DNA of 64,000 bases from the human T2T-CHM13v2.0 reference genome, Homo sapiens (GCA_009914755.4 CP086569.2:22176001-22240000); one strand, 5' to 3'; positions 1 through 13,200 are shown, numbered from the stretch's first letter. Program-made: numbers and translations. The notes: generated from the sequence alone by a model not told the origin.

Positions 1-1574
1 TGCATGTTAACCCTCTGGCATTGTGCCATATTCTTATTTGGAGAGACCTTGAATGCTTTACAATTCATCAAGCTATTACACCAGTCCATTACCTTAATGA
101 CATTATACTGATTGGATCCAGTGAGCAAGAAGTAGCAAACACACTGAACTTATTTGTTAGACATTTGTGTGCCAGAAGATGAGAAATAAATTCATCTAAA
201 ATTATTTCTTTTTAAAAGCTGGACCTCTGTGCTGCTTATGAAACATACATCAAACACAAGGCAAGAAACAGAAAATAAATTATGTAAATGGATATCTGGG
301 AAAATTCTATGCCCCTAGTAAACAATGCATATTTTCAGATTTAAAGCAACAATTAATACTAAAGGGAAAATTATTGCCACCTACATAACAACAAAACTTT
401 CAGTAGACTAGGAGTATAATACAGTTTTAATCTACACTTCTAAAATATAGACAGCAAAAATTAATGAAATTATAATAAATTAATTATCATGAAACATTTT
501 AGTACAACACTCCAAGATTATTGGTTCAGCAGAGGTTAAACTATGTAAGAAGCTATTCAAAAACTTTATCTGATAGGCAGTTTTAGGCTATAGTATCTAG
601 CAATGCACATTCTTCTAAAAATTCAGAAACATTTACAGACATACTATGCCATAAGGTAAGTCTCAATACATTTCAAAGATTCTTATATTATCAAGAACAC
701 ATCTGATTCTAATACAAACAAGTATAAAAATATACATATTTTTAACCTTGTAAATTGGAAATATATGACAGACTTCTTAATTACACATAAAAAACACAAA
801 ACTTGAAATTCAGAAATAAATAATAGTTTAAAATATTAAGTATCAGTACTTTTGGAATCCTGCTAACAAGAAAGTTAGTGATAAATTAAAAGGTTGAAAT
901 GTTGTATTTCATGAAGAAATAAGAAAAGCTGACACTAATATGTGAATAATTTGTTACAAAGAATTAGGAAAAGAAGAAATAAGTACACCAAAAGAAACAA
1001 GTATGAATTAGAAAATAATGAACCAAGAGCAGAAGTTAATCAAATAGAAATAGAATTAGTACTTTGAGAAGATTACAAAGCTTACAAATCTCTGACCAGA
1101 TTGATTGGGGAAGAAAGAACACATAATATCAAGACATAAAGAGAGGGCATGTTCAGCGAGGCAGCAGAAATTTAGAAATACAGCAGTATTAGGAACATCT
1201 TTATGCAAATAAATTTTAATTCTTCAGTGAAACAGAAAAGTTTTACAAAAAAGTCAGTTACCCAAACTGACACAAGAAGAACTAGAAAACTTCACTTGCT
1301 ATATCATTTTGAAAAAAATGCATCCACATTTAAAATATCCCTATAAAAAAGTATTAGAATAAGTGGCTTTTATAGTTGCATTCTACTACACATTCAAGGA
1401 AAGAAATGTTTCAGAGAAGTGAAAAAGAGAAGAAAAACACAAAACCCTAATTAATTTTCAAATGAATAATTTCGTTACTACTTTCAAACAAAAAGCATAA
1501 GAATTAAGCCCAAAAAAGATTAATTTAACTTTAAAACAACAATGTGAAAACATGAGCAAAATATAAGTATATTA
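1..1574 (+). mobile_element. Old LINE-1 (L1M-like) ORF2-region fragment, split downstream by nested LTR insertions
   Basis: AT-rich sequence whose + frame translations resemble L1 ORF2 (e.g. ...KSLTRLIGEERTHNIKT... ~ L1 ...[17 protein letters not shown]...); continues after the nested insertions at 3480-4000. Confidence 0.4.
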
Positions 1575-1852
1575 TTTGTTTTCACACAGCTGCAAAGAAA
1601 TATCCGAGACTGGGTAACTTATAAAGAAAGGAGACTTAACTGGCTCATAGTTTCTCAAGCTTTGCAGGAGGCATAGCTAGGAGGCCTCAGAAAACACACA
1701 ATTATGCGAGAAGGCCAAGGGAAAGCAAGTGTGTCTTCAGATGGTGGCAGGAAAGAGAGTGTAAAGGGGGAAGTGATACACATTTTCAAAAAAGTCGATC
1801 TCATGAGACCTTACTTACTATCATGAGAACATAAAGAAGTCTGCTCCCATTG
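1575..1852 (-). mobile_element. MaLR LTR (THE1/MST-like), 3' portion; interrupted by LTR12
   Basis: Reverse complement of the THE1-type consensus segment (ctgggtaatttataaag...ggcctcag...catcttcacatgg...atctcatgagaac...tatcatgagaac); homology resumes at 3373-3477. Confidence 0.55.
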
Positions 1853-3372
1853 TGTCCGAAATTGGTGGGTTCTTGGTCTCACTGACTTGAGGAATGAAGC
1901 CACGGAGCCTCGCAGTGAGTGTTAACAGTTCTTAAAGATGGTGTGTCCAGAGTTTGTTCCTTCTGATGTTCAGATTGTTCGGAGTTTCTTCCTTCTGGTG
2001 GGTTCATGGTCTCACTGGCTTCAGGAGTGAAGTTGCAGACCTTCACAGTGAGTGTTACAGCTCTTAAAGTGGAACATCTGGAGTTGTTCACTCCTCCCAG
2101 TGGGTTTGTGGTCTTGCTGGCCTCAGGAGTGAAGCTGCAGACCTTCGTGGTGAGTGTTAACAGCTCATAAAGGCAGTGCAGACCCAAAGAGTGAGCAGCA
2201 GCAAGATTTACTGCAAAGAGCAAAAGAACAAAGCTTCCACTGCCGGAAGTGGACTCTAGTGGGTTGCCACTGCTGGCTTGGGCAGCCAGCTTTTATTCCC
2301 TTATCTGACTCCACCCACATCCTGCTGATTGGCCCATTTTACAGAGATCTGATTGGTCCGTTTTGACAGGGTGCTGATTGGTGCATTTACAATCCCTGAG
2401 CTAGACACACAGTGCTGATTGGTGTATTTACAATCCTCTAGCTAGAAGTAAAAGTTCTCCAAGTCCCCACTAGATTAGCTAGACACAGAGTGCTGATTGG
2501 TGCATTTACAAACCTTGAGCTAGGCACAGAGTGCTGATTGGTGGATTTACAATCCTTGAGCTACACACAGAGCACTGATTGGTGTATTTACAATCCTTTA
2601 GCTACAAGTAAAAGTTTTCCAAGTCCTCACCAGATTAGCTAGATAGAGAGTGGTGTATCCAGGAACCCCAAGCTAGACATAGAGTGCTGATTGGTGTATA
2701 CACAATCCTCCAGCTAGACATAAAAGTTCTCCAAGTCCCTACCCGACTCAGGAGCCCAGCTGGCTTCACCTAATGGATCCCATGCCAGGGTCACGGGTGG
2801 AGCTACACACCAGTGCCACGCCACACATCTGCAGTCCTCAGCCCTTGGGCGGTCCATGGGACCGGGCACCACGGAGCAAGGGCTGGCACCCGTCGAGGAG
2901 GCTCAGGCTGGTGGGAGCCCACCACAGGGGTGTTCCAGCATGGCAGGCTGCAGGTCCTGAGCCCTGCCCCATGGGGAGGTGGCTGAGGCCTGGAGAGAAT
3001 TCGAGTGCAGCATAGGGGGCCAGCAGTGCTGCAGGACATGGCACCTCTTCTGCAGCTGCTTGCCCAGGTACAAGCCCCTCACTGCCTGGGGCCGGGTGGC
3101 ACCACTAGGCCGCTCCGAGTGCGGGGCCGCCAAGCCTGCGTCCACCCAGAACTCGTGCTGGCCCGTGAGCACCATGCCCAGCCCTGGTTCCCGCTGGCCC
3201 CTCTCCGTCCACACCTCCCCGCAAGCAGAGGGAGCCAGCTCCAGCCTTGGCCATCCCAGAGATGGGCTCCCACAGTGCACTGGCAGACTGAAGGGGGCTC
3301 CTCAAGCGTGGCCAGAGTGGACACCCTGTGGCCTGAGGAGGTGAGGAGAGCAAGCGAGGGCTGCTAGCACTT
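1853..3372 (-). mobile_element. Solo LTR12 (HERV9 LTR) in minus orientation
   Basis: Characteristic LTR12 U5/R segment (ggtgggttcttggtctcactgacttgaggaatgaagcc...gagtgttaacagctcataaaggcag...), tandem ctgattggtgcatttacaatcc CCAAT-containing repeats, then a GC-rich U3 5' block at 2770-3360; ends TG...CA on the minus strand. Confidence 0.75.
2296..2750 (-). promoter_or_regulatory. LTR12 U3 tandem CCAAT-box (NF-Y type) repeat array, at least 8 copies of CCAAT on the minus strand
   Basis: Repeated motif gtgctgattggtgcatttacaatcc every 40-80 bp; attgg on + equals CCAAT on -. Confidence 0.6.
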
Positions 3373-3477
3373 TGTCACCTCTCGCCATGATCCAGTCACC
3401 TCCAACCAAGCCCCCCTCCAAAACATGAGGATTAAAATTCAGCATGAGATTGGGGTGAAAACAGAGCCAAAATATAT
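3373..3477 (-). mobile_element. MaLR LTR (same element as 1575-1852), 5' portion
   Basis: ccatgatccagtcacctcc...ggattaaaattcagcatgagattggggtgaaaacagagccaaaatatatca is the reverse complement of the MaLR LTR 5' end (tgatatggtttggctgtgtcc...). Confidence 0.55.
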
Positions 3478-3479
3478 CA

Positions 3480-4000
3480 ATGAGCAAACAAATATAAGGT
3501 TATACATCATAACTACATATCTACACAAAATTTATTTCAAAGACAAAAGAGTGGCTCAACTTAAGAAAATATATTAATTTAATGCATCATACTAATATAT
3601 TAAAGTAGGAAAAAATAGAATTACATCAATGAATACAGAATAAACACCAAATAAAACAAATAGCTATTTATAATAAGACATTAAAGTACAAATAAAGAAA
3701 ATGTTCCTTATCTGAGAATACTTCCTTCGAAATCAGAAGAAAGACTAGAAGACTCACTATTACCATTTCTCTTCAACATTTGTCCTGGAGATTTTTAACG
3801 TATAATATACAATAAATAATACTCATAACAATAATAATATTTTATAAGAATTGACAAGAAAGAAGTAAAACAGTCCTCATCTGTAGATGACATGATTATC
3901 TACATGGACAACTTCAAAGAATATACAAACCATATATATTAATAAGAAAACTTAGAAAATTTTCTAGATGTAGTATTAAGATGTCAAAGTTGAAATTATC
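3480..4000 (+). mobile_element. L1M-like ORF2 (RT region) fragment, continuation of the element at 1-1574
   Basis: The + frame encodes an L1 RT-like segment (...ISLQHLSWRF...SSSVDDMIIYMDNFKEYTN... ~ L1 ...[10 protein letters not shown]...[10 protein letters not shown]...). Confidence 0.4.
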
Positions 4001-4190
4001 TACCTTCCAGTAAAAGAAAGACACAGGATGGTTTTGAGTGATAATGGAGGCTGTACTTCCATTGTGAACTGTGTGATATTGAAGTATACATAATCCTCCC
4101 TCAGTATCAGTGGGGGATTGGTTCAGGACTTCCATGGATACCAAAATCTGCAGATTCTCCATTTCTTGGCATTAAATGGTGTAGTATTTG
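4000..4190. repeat. Unclassified interspersed repeat fragment
   Basis: cagtatcagtgggggattggttcaggacttccatggataccaaaatctgcagattctc... resembles a common human interspersed repeat that I cannot assign to a family. Confidence 0.3.
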
Positions 4191-4603
4191 CATATAACTA
4201 GCTGTCCAGCTCTTAAATAAGGTGGGAGTGATTCACTGCAGTAGGCACTAAAAAGAAGACCCTTCTATTATCAATGGAAATTCTCTGGGAGAGAAAACAG
4301 CTAAGGGCAAATCTAAAGAGGTACCATTGTTACAGGCCACTGGCTACTGCCAGGTACTGCACCCATGTCCGGAACACCACCCTGTACCCATGAAGAAATG
4401 TAATGGACAGGACAAAAAGGGTTATAAAAGAATCCCTCAGGATGGTTACTAGAAAGCAACAAAACTCTTTCTCCCTGGGGCAATGCAATGAAAGATAGTT
4501 AAGCCTTTATATGACTCCTCACATTTGGGACAGGTCTCAATATACAAGTTATTTTCTCAAATCATTTAAGGAAAGAAACTATTCTACACTATAAAAAGGA
4601 TGA

Positions 4604-5027
<424 letters not shown>

Positions 5028-5761
5028 TTATCAGATACAACCATACAGGGGCTGGAAATATTCACCAGTATTTATAGACAACTTCACCAAGTGAATTGAG
5101 GCTTTTCCCACTTTATGAGCGCCCACATTTTTACTCAATAAGATCAACTGCAAAGTTTCGATGACCTGAAAGCCTTCATAGTGACAATGGACCTACCTTC
5201 ATAGCCAAAGTGACCCAGCAGCTTGCATTCAGCTTTAGGCATTACCTATCACCTTCACTCCCCCTGGAGTACTCAATCCTCAGGTAAAATAGAAAAATCT
5301 AATCATGTTTTGAAAAGACATGAGCTAAGCCATGTCAGGGGACCTCAGAGACCAGGTTCCTCTCTTAGCCATAGTCTTCATACACATAGGAATGACCCTT
5401 AAAAACCTCCAGAAAAATCCATTTGAGAGGAGTTATGTGAGGCCATTTTTAGCTTGAGGTCTCCTGCTTAATAAAGAGATACATAGTTGACTCATAAGTT
5501 GTCAACTTAGACCAGTTTAGAAAAGTCCTCCAAGCCTATGGACAAAAAGTATTGCCCCCTCTCACAAAGCAATTAACTGACCTCCTATTCAGTCATGAAA
5601 CTAGTAAACATTTTGAAAGAAGCATCCCCTGACAATCAGTTACAACCAAAATAGAAGGGCCCCTATCAAGTGTTGTTGACTATTCCAGTCCTTTTAAACT
5701 TTAGAGCGTACCTAGTTGGATACAATTGTCCAAGATTAAACCTGTTTCTTTTTTTTTTTGA

Positions 5762-6050
5762 GATGGAGTCTCACTCTGTCACCCAGGCTGGAGTGCACTG
5801 GAGTGCAGTGTCACGATCTTGGCTCATTGCAAGCTTTGCCCCCTGGGTTCGTGCCATTCTCCTGCTTAGCCTCGTGAGTAGCTGGGACTACAGGTGTCCG
5901 CCACCATGCCCGGCTAATTTTTCTTGTATTTTTATTAGAGACAGGTTTTCACTGTGTTAGACAGGATAGTCTCAACCTCCTGACCTCGTGATCCACCCAC
6001 CTCGGCCTCCCAAAGTGCTGGGATTACAGGCATGAGCCACTGCACTTGGC
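5762..6050 (-). mobile_element. Alu (full length) with 13 bp target-site duplication ttaaacctgtttc
   Basis: The target-site duplication is at 5748-5761 and 6051-6063; poly-T then gagatggagtctcactctgtcacccaggctgg...ggattacaggcatgagccactgcacttggc. Confidence 0.9.
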
Positions 6051-7539
6051 TTAAACCTGTTTCTTATAAGTTGCAGGCACAAATGGAGGACACTGTAACC
6101 TAAATTTTTGGAAGATCGCCACTACCTATTTAAAAGAATCAACAGTCACTCATCCAGAAGTGGCAACATGATGCTGCTGGTGGGAATAGAGGGTATTCCT
6201 ACTAGGAAAGACTAAGAAAAACACAATTGAGCTCCTGAATTTTCTAGAAAAGGAAGGGTATCATTGTCAGTTTCCCAATTTTCTGGAAAGAAGGGTATTT
6301 CTCTGTTTTTCCACCTTTTAAAAATCTGTGATAGGACCCTTGACAGCTGTCTTGTTGTTACTAATTTATTTACTTGTTTGTTGAACCTTATAGTAAGCTT
6401 TGTATCTTGTAGATTATAATATTTCCAGGTGCAAACAATGCTGGCATAAGGCTTTTGAGTTATATACTGATCTGGATAATTGTGGTGTTCTGCCTTTCAC
6501 CCCTTTAGCTCATGTATCCAGAGACATTTGCTTCTCTAGTGCTAGGCAAGGCCAGTGCTCATGATTCAGCAGAAAGCAGGTACACTGCATGGACCTCCTC
6601 CCTCTTGCATCCCCCTTAAGATTAAGGGAAAGTATTTAACATCTGAGTGGAGAATGAGGTTGAAGGTGGGACTCACCTCCAGGGGTAGGGCTCACGCATG
6701 ATCCAGATTGAGGACTACCTAAAAAACAGGGCTTAGGCAGAAGCAGTTTTCAATCAGACATGCTCACCAGTGTGCTATGGCATTTAACATTGCTATCGCA
6801 ACACCCAGGAGTTACCACCCTTCTATGGCAATGATCCAATGATTACCACCCTTTCCCTATAAATTTCTGCATTTATCAATCCATGCAATTAAAAGCAAAT
6901 ATAAATATGGCTGCAAGATATCCCTGAGCTGCTACTCTTTTGCTATGGCATAGCCCTGTTCTGAAAGAGGAGCCACAGGGCTGTAACACTGCCAGAGCTG
7001 TAATTCTGTCTCATCAGTTAAGCTATTTTTTTCTACCTCTGGTTTGGCATTGAATTATTTCCTGGACAAAGTCAAGAAACCAGTGGGCTTAGCTCTGCTT
7101 GGGGCTTGCCTCTCCTGCATTGTGTCTACGATTCCATTCCAAGATTTAGTAAACTATGAATTAAGCAGGTGAAGTGAATGCAATTACTTTAAATGCAAAA
7201 GTTAAAGGTCACCAGAAGAATTAAATAATCAACATAGAGAATATTTTAATGCAATGTTTTCATAATCCAAAATAATGTAATAATCATTAATAAAGTATTA
7301 TATTTTTAAAGATAGCATATTATTGATTATTTTGTTTCCTGCTTCAATATTCCTTAGCATAACATTAATATTGATAATGATCTTATCTTTCTATAAAATA
7401 TTTTGTTCAACTTTAAATTTTATTAATAATTATTTATGAATATTGCACTGAAATACAGATCTTAATTACTGAGCTTTTTAAATTAATAAATCTCAGTAGA
7501 GTAGTTTTACATTACAACAAAATTGAGTAGAAAGTATAG

Positions 7540-8060
7540 AAAGCTCCCTTACACCCTGTGCCCACATGTACAACCTTTCCCACTATCAATATTTCTGATG
7601 AGACTGGTATGTTTGTTACAGTTCATAAACCTACATCAATACATTATCACTCAATACCTGCAATTTACATTAGGGCTAACTTTTACTGTTGCACATTCTA
7701 TAGGTTTTTACAAACATGTAATAAAATGTATCCAAAACTGTAGTATTATATAGAATAGTTTCACTATTGTATACTCTAATACCTGAGTTGTGCCTATTTA
7801 TTACACTCTCCCTTGTAATCAATTGCAACCACTGATCTTTTTACTTCTTCAACATTTTTTTCTAGATTGTCATATATTTGAAATAATACTTGTAGCATTT
7901 TATGATTGGCTTAGTTCACTTGTAAATATACATTTAAGTTTCTTCCATGTTTTTTCATGATTTGAAAGCTCATTTTTTCAGTGCTGCACAGTATTCCATA
8001 AATATTCCATAAACCACAGTTTAACCACTTTAATATAGAACAACATCTATATGCAGATTT
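7540..8060 (-). mobile_element. Possible old L1 (L1M) fragment
   Basis: AT-rich sequence with L1-like motifs (gtattccataaatattccataaaccacagtttaacc); weak assignment. Confidence 0.25.
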
Positions 8061-8321
8061 TGATGTAAATATGTTTTTAATTTAGTTGGATAAATTCCAA
8101 GAAGCAAGACTGCTAGATGAGATCGAAAGAGTACGTTTAATTTTGTTAAACCAAAACAAAACAAAGCCTACCATTCTTCCAAATTTGCTGTTATCAGTGC
8201 TTTCAATTTTTGCAATTTTATATTTAATTTATTATCAAATTCACAACTCCCCAGTATTATATGACGTTTATCATCCTTTCATATGCTCATTCCCTTAGTC
8301 TTAACTACTAGGGAAGCAAAG

Positions 8322-8429
8322 GAAGAGGATATGTGAGACTTGGAATTGGAGGCTGCAGTGAGCTATGATGGCACCACTGCATTACAGCCTGGGGACAGAG
8401 ACCCTATCTCAAAAAAAAAAAAAAAAAAA
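8322..8429 (+). mobile_element. Alu 3' fragment with poly(A)
   Basis: ggaggctgcagtgagctatgatggcaccactgcattacagcctggggacagagaccctatctcaaaaaaaa. Confidence 0.8.
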
Positions 8430-8525
8430 GAAGAAGAAGAAAAGGAGGAAGGAAAGGAGGAAGGAAAAGAAAGAGAAGGAAAGGGAAGGGAAAAAGGAGA
8501 AGAAAAAAGGGAAAGGAAGAAGGAA
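8430..8525 (+). repeat. Purine-rich (GAA/GGA)n simple repeat
   Basis: gaagaagaagaaaaggaggaaggaaaggaggaaggaaaagaaagagaaggaaagggaaggg... Confidence 0.85.
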
Positions 8526-8602
8526 GTATTAATTTGTCAGCAAAACAGTGACTCCTAAGCACGTTTTTCAGGTTTCTTCCCTAGAATTCATTACAAAGGA
8601 AT

Positions 8603-8920
8603 TTTTTTTGTGTGTGAGTTTACTTGTTTTGTTTTGTTTTTGTTTTTGAGACAGGGTCATGCTGTATCACCCAGTCCAGAGTGCAGTGGCGTGATCTTGC
8701 CTTAGTGCAAACTCCACCTCCAGGGTTTAAGGGAATCTCCCAGCTCCCACCTGTAGCTGGGACTATAGGCCCACACCACTACTCCCAGATAAGTTTTTGT
8801 ATTTTTGCTAGAGACAGGGTTTCAACATTTTGCCCAGGCTGGCCTCAAACTCCTGGTTATCTGACCCCCCTTGGCCTCCCAAAGTACTGGAATTACAGGC
8901 ATGAGCCACCAAGCTGGGCC
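8603..8920 (-). mobile_element. Alu (full length) with (GTTTT)n-like T-rich head
   Basis: tttgttttgtttttgtttttgagacagggtcatgctgtatcacccag...cctcccaaagtactggaattacaggcatgagccaccaagctgggcc. Confidence 0.9.
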
Positions 8921-9244
8921 TACATATTGGGTTTTTATTTCTTTCCAAACAATTCTTGATAAATCACGGTTTTTTTAAAACTTATCTGTCATCTTATTTT
9001 CCACATCACTATCATAATAGTGCAAACATTGCTTATAATTCTTTTATGTTTCTTTCTCTTGTTAAGAGTATTTGAAACATATTTCATGTATCTCTGGCAC
9101 CATAATAATTTAAATTATTTACACCAAATAAGTGGGTGTAATCGAGATAAATGGTGATAGCTTAAAACTGAGACAAAATAAATGCGTTTAAGTTATTCTA
9201 TTAACTTGCCACACTGACTTACTCTTGTAATCCTACCATTGGGA

Positions 9245-9300
9245 AGAGGAGATGTGAGGATGGCTTGAAGTCACGAGTTGGAGACCAGTCTGCGAACATA
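9245..9300 (+). mobile_element. Short Alu-like fragment
   Basis: gaggatggcttgaagtcacgagttggagaccagtctgcgaacataatgagccc ~ Alu ggaggatcgcttgagcccaggagttcgagaccagcctgggcaacatagtgagaccc. Confidence 0.4.
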
Positions 9301-9790
9301 ATGAGCCCTTTAATCTATTGCCATTTTGGCGCCAGGGACCGGTTTTGTGGAAGCTATTTTTCCACAGAAAAGAGGTGGGTAGGGGGAGAAGGTGGCGAGG
9401 TGGACACACCGGGGAGATGAGGGGCTGCAGTTCCAGGAGGAACACAGGGTAGGGAGGGGCTTCGGGTCAGAGCAGTGTGACGGGGGGCAGCGGTGGGGCA
9501 GCGGAGCTGCGAGGGGGACAGGGCAGGCCAGCGGGGAATAGGGAGAATGGATTCTGGATGAAACCGTTCCACCTCAGTTCATTCAGGCATTGCATTCTTC
9601 TAAGGAGAGCGCCACCTAGATCCTCGCATGCGCAGTTCAAAGTAGGGCTCCTACTCCGGTGAGAATCCAATGCCTTTGCTGATCTGACAGGAGGCGGGGC
9701 TCAGGCGGTGCTAGCGGTTCGTCACCTGTTCTGCAGCCGGCTTCCTAACAGGCCGCGGACAGGTACCGGTTGGAGACCAGGGTTTGGGGA
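9300..9790 (+). promoter_or_regulatory. CpG-rich promoter-like region upstream of the RBMY-like pseudogene
   Basis: The + strand here shows dense CpGs unlike the flanks; it also has a CCAAT box (9666-9670, gaatccaatgcc), an Sp1-like GC box (ggaggcggggct, 9690-9701) and an NRF1-like palindrome (tcgcatgcgcag, 9623-9634); a splice donor follows at 9762/9763. Confidence 0.6.
9700..9762 (+). pseudogene. Putative non-coding exon 1 (5' UTR) of the RBMY-like pseudogene
   Basis: Donor gacag|gtaccgg at 9762/9763 downstream of the CCAAT and GC boxes; the next exon starts at a strong acceptor (ttttttttttttccatttacag|caaaATGG), so the ATG exon is not the first exon. The TSS position is a guess. Confidence 0.35.
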
Positions 9791-9905
9791 TCCCTGATCT
9801 ATTGTACATTTCAAATAACTAAAATATTGTAAAAAATGTAAAATGCTCTCCCCCAAGAAAGGATGTATTTTAATTAGCTTGATTTAATCATTTATTTAAA
9901 TATTA

Positions 9906-10145
9906 AGCTGGGCGTGGTGGTTCACCTTTGAAATCTCATCACCTTGGTAGCATCAGGCCAGAATATCGCTTGAGACCAGGAGTTCGAGACTAGCTTGGGT
10001 ACAATGGGGAAACCTGTGTCTATTAAAGAAACACACAAAAAATTGCCTGCTAGCTCTGGTAGCAAGCGCCTGTAGCTGAGACGTGGGAGGATCACTTGAG
10101 ACTCGGTAGCGGAGGCTGCAGTGAGCAGTGTGCACTTTAGCAACA
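9906..10145 (+). mobile_element. Old Alu (AluJ-like), in intron 1 of the pseudogene
   Basis: agctgggcgtggtggttcac...atcgcttgagaccaggagttcgagac...gcgcctgtagctgagacgtgggaggatcacttgag...ggctgcagtgagc. Confidence 0.75.
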
Positions 10146-10436
10146 AGAAATTTACATCTCAAGAAAAAAATACACAAAACATCACATTGTATAGTATAAA
10201 TATATAGTTTTCAAATGAAATTATTTAAATGGGGCATCCTGCGTTTTGCAGCTTAAGAAAATTACAATAGCTTTTCTCATCTCATTTTTACAAACAAGTT
10301 TTTGTCAGGTAAGTATTACAATGCAGTATTTGTCCATGAAGTCACTGCCCCTTTTGCTCTGCATGTTACAAATTTTACATATTTAAAGTAAGAAATACTA
10401 AAAATATGTCAGCCTCTGTAAGGGAATTTCACTTGA

Positions 10437-10667
<231 letters not shown>

Positions 10668-10774
10668 TAAATAATCTTTTTTTAGATGACACATTCTTTC
10701 ATAAACCTTGGGATATTGAAACAAATAAGTGATGTGAATACAAATATGAAGTAGATTATTGTTTGTGAAAAAGA

Positions 10775-10890
10775 AGATGTGCTACATTATCCTAGAATGT
10801 GTGATGGGTTAAGTTTTTTTAGGTGATTTTTTAATACTGGAAAACTTTTCAAGGAATTTGAATAATAGAATTTGTGTTTGATCCCTTAGT
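10775..10890 (+). pseudogene. Probable heavily degenerated RRM exon (RBMY exon encoding ...[25 protein letters not shown]...)
   Basis: Nucleotide-level resemblance only (ctggaaaacttttcaaggaatttgaataat ~ cctttgaaaaccctgcagatgctaagaat); the reading frame is destroyed. Confidence 0.25.
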
Positions 10891-10929
10891 GGAAGGCATG
10901 TGCTCAGTAAATGTCTCAAATTTGGCATT

Positions 10930-10975
10930 GTGAAAGACATGGTCATTTCAGGAAAAAAAGAGATATATTTGGTTT
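10930..10975 (+). pseudogene. Probable degenerated exon remnant (...AAKDMNGK)
   Basis: gcattgtgaaagacatggtcatttcaggaaaa ~ gcagccaaagacatgaatggaaag. Confidence 0.2.
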
Positions 10976-11080
10976 GGGAGAAAACATCTAGAACTGAAAT
11001 ATAGTGGATGCAAAAACGTTTGTAAAATGTGTTTAGGTTAAATGTGACAATGTTATTGATAGGATACTTAATACTTTTAG

Positions 11081-11259
11081 TCTTTGGATGGAAAAGAAAT
11101 AAAAGTAGAACAAGTCAAGAAACTATCTTTTTCAAAATGATGGTAGGTGGAGATCAACAGCTTCTTGGAGAAAAAGGAGCCCTTCAGGAAGTCTGAGATC
11201 TGCAAGAGGAGGTAGTGGAGGAACAAGAGTGTTTCTTCCCTCATGTGAGGGACACTTGG
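11081..11259 (+). pseudogene. RBMY-like exon ([17 protein letters not shown] / [42 protein letters not shown]) with one 1-bp frameshift
   Basis: Acceptor tttag|tctttgg and donor cacttgg|gtaatg; aligns to [63 protein letters not shown], with a frame change in the T-run near 11127. Confidence 0.8.
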
Positions 11260-12625
11260 GTAATGTTTTCAAATACAAAGATGAAACCATAGGACTGAAA
11301 GACAGTAAGTTTGAAGATATCAAAATTTCTTAATTTTGTTTACTTCCTTTATGTACAGAAAATTAACTTACTGATAATGAGCAAAATTTTTTGTAAGTAC
11401 TAAAGATATATTATAAGAATGATTGAAATAATATGAAAATTTCATTTTAAAATCTTAATTTGCATTGAAATAACACATTTAAAAGAAAATTGAGTTTATT
11501 AATATTGATTGTCTGTACTCAACAAGTTTTCTGCAGAACTCATTTATTCATTATGCTTCAGAGTTTCTTATTTTGGGGCCAAGAACTTTATATAAAATGT
11601 ATTATCAAAATACGATGGAATCTTGAAAACCTTCCAACAGGAAATAAGAAGTCATTATTTTAGGATTGATCTTGCAATATTTGTTATTTGTGTATACACA
11701 TGGAAATATCTATACAAATGTATTCCTTTGCCATTTTGATAGGCATGATTTGCACATCGGCCTGCCATAAAGCATTTTGTATTTAAGAAATGTGTAACTT
11801 CAGTTTCTCAAAAGAGTCTGTGACTCAGGAAAAGTCTAAAAGCCACTGCTTCACAAATATGTTAGTATCTTTCTTTGCTGGAGGATGAGTCACTGAAAAT
11901 GGCATTTATGAAGGACTTACTCAATAGGAATGAGGGTCAATTTTTACTTAAAAATATTCATGTATTAAAAAAATTGGGTCAGTTGTATTATCTATTAACC
12001 AACCTTCAAAAATATAACATTTAATTTGAGTTTTAATAACCAGATGTGTAATTCATTGGATATGTTTTCTCAAGTTGAAATTGCAGTGTTTGCTCCATTT
12101 TAAGGTACATAGCTTCATGATTTTTTTTTCTCAATTGATTTTGAGGGTGAAGATTAATACTACTCTGCCATGATGAGAATATGCATTTTCTTACCTGTGA
12201 CACCACCAGGTCATTAGAATATATCTACATTTTTTGTAGGTATATGAAAATATTTTTTATTATTTAATATGCAGTTCTTAAAGATTATTAAAATTGAGCA
12301 TAGCCTAAGCTAAAAATTAATATTTCATAATGGATTTGTAAGAATTGAATGTTATGACACAAATTTTACAGATAATGTATTTTTCTGAGGTGTCATGTTT
12401 TGATTTTGTAAATATTTGAGTTCTTTAAATGGAATTTGGAGTACCCTTATGATATGTTTTGAAAAAACTTTCCTCATACCAGAATTATCTGAACAATAAT
12501 GTATAATTTTTCTCCTAATATATTTTTCTTTATCTAGATTGTGTTTATATGTTTAACTGATAGATTTTTGCCCTCTCTTCACTATGCATTTATCCCATAT
12601 CTCTCTCTCTCTCACACCAGTATAA

Positions 12626-13200
<575 letters not shown>

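Noticed and set aside
1853-3372. Exact LTR12 termini and target-site duplication
   Set aside because: The similar flanks (tctgctcccattg / cctctcgccatgat) look like the split MaLR sequence itself rather than a clean 4-6 bp duplication; I could not define it without an alignment.
2773-3487. Cluster of overlapping 60-125 aa ORFs on both strands
   Set aside because: They lie in the GC-rich U3 block of the LTR12 element. GC-rich sequence is poor in stop codons, the ORFs overlap on both strands, and they have no coding-like homology.
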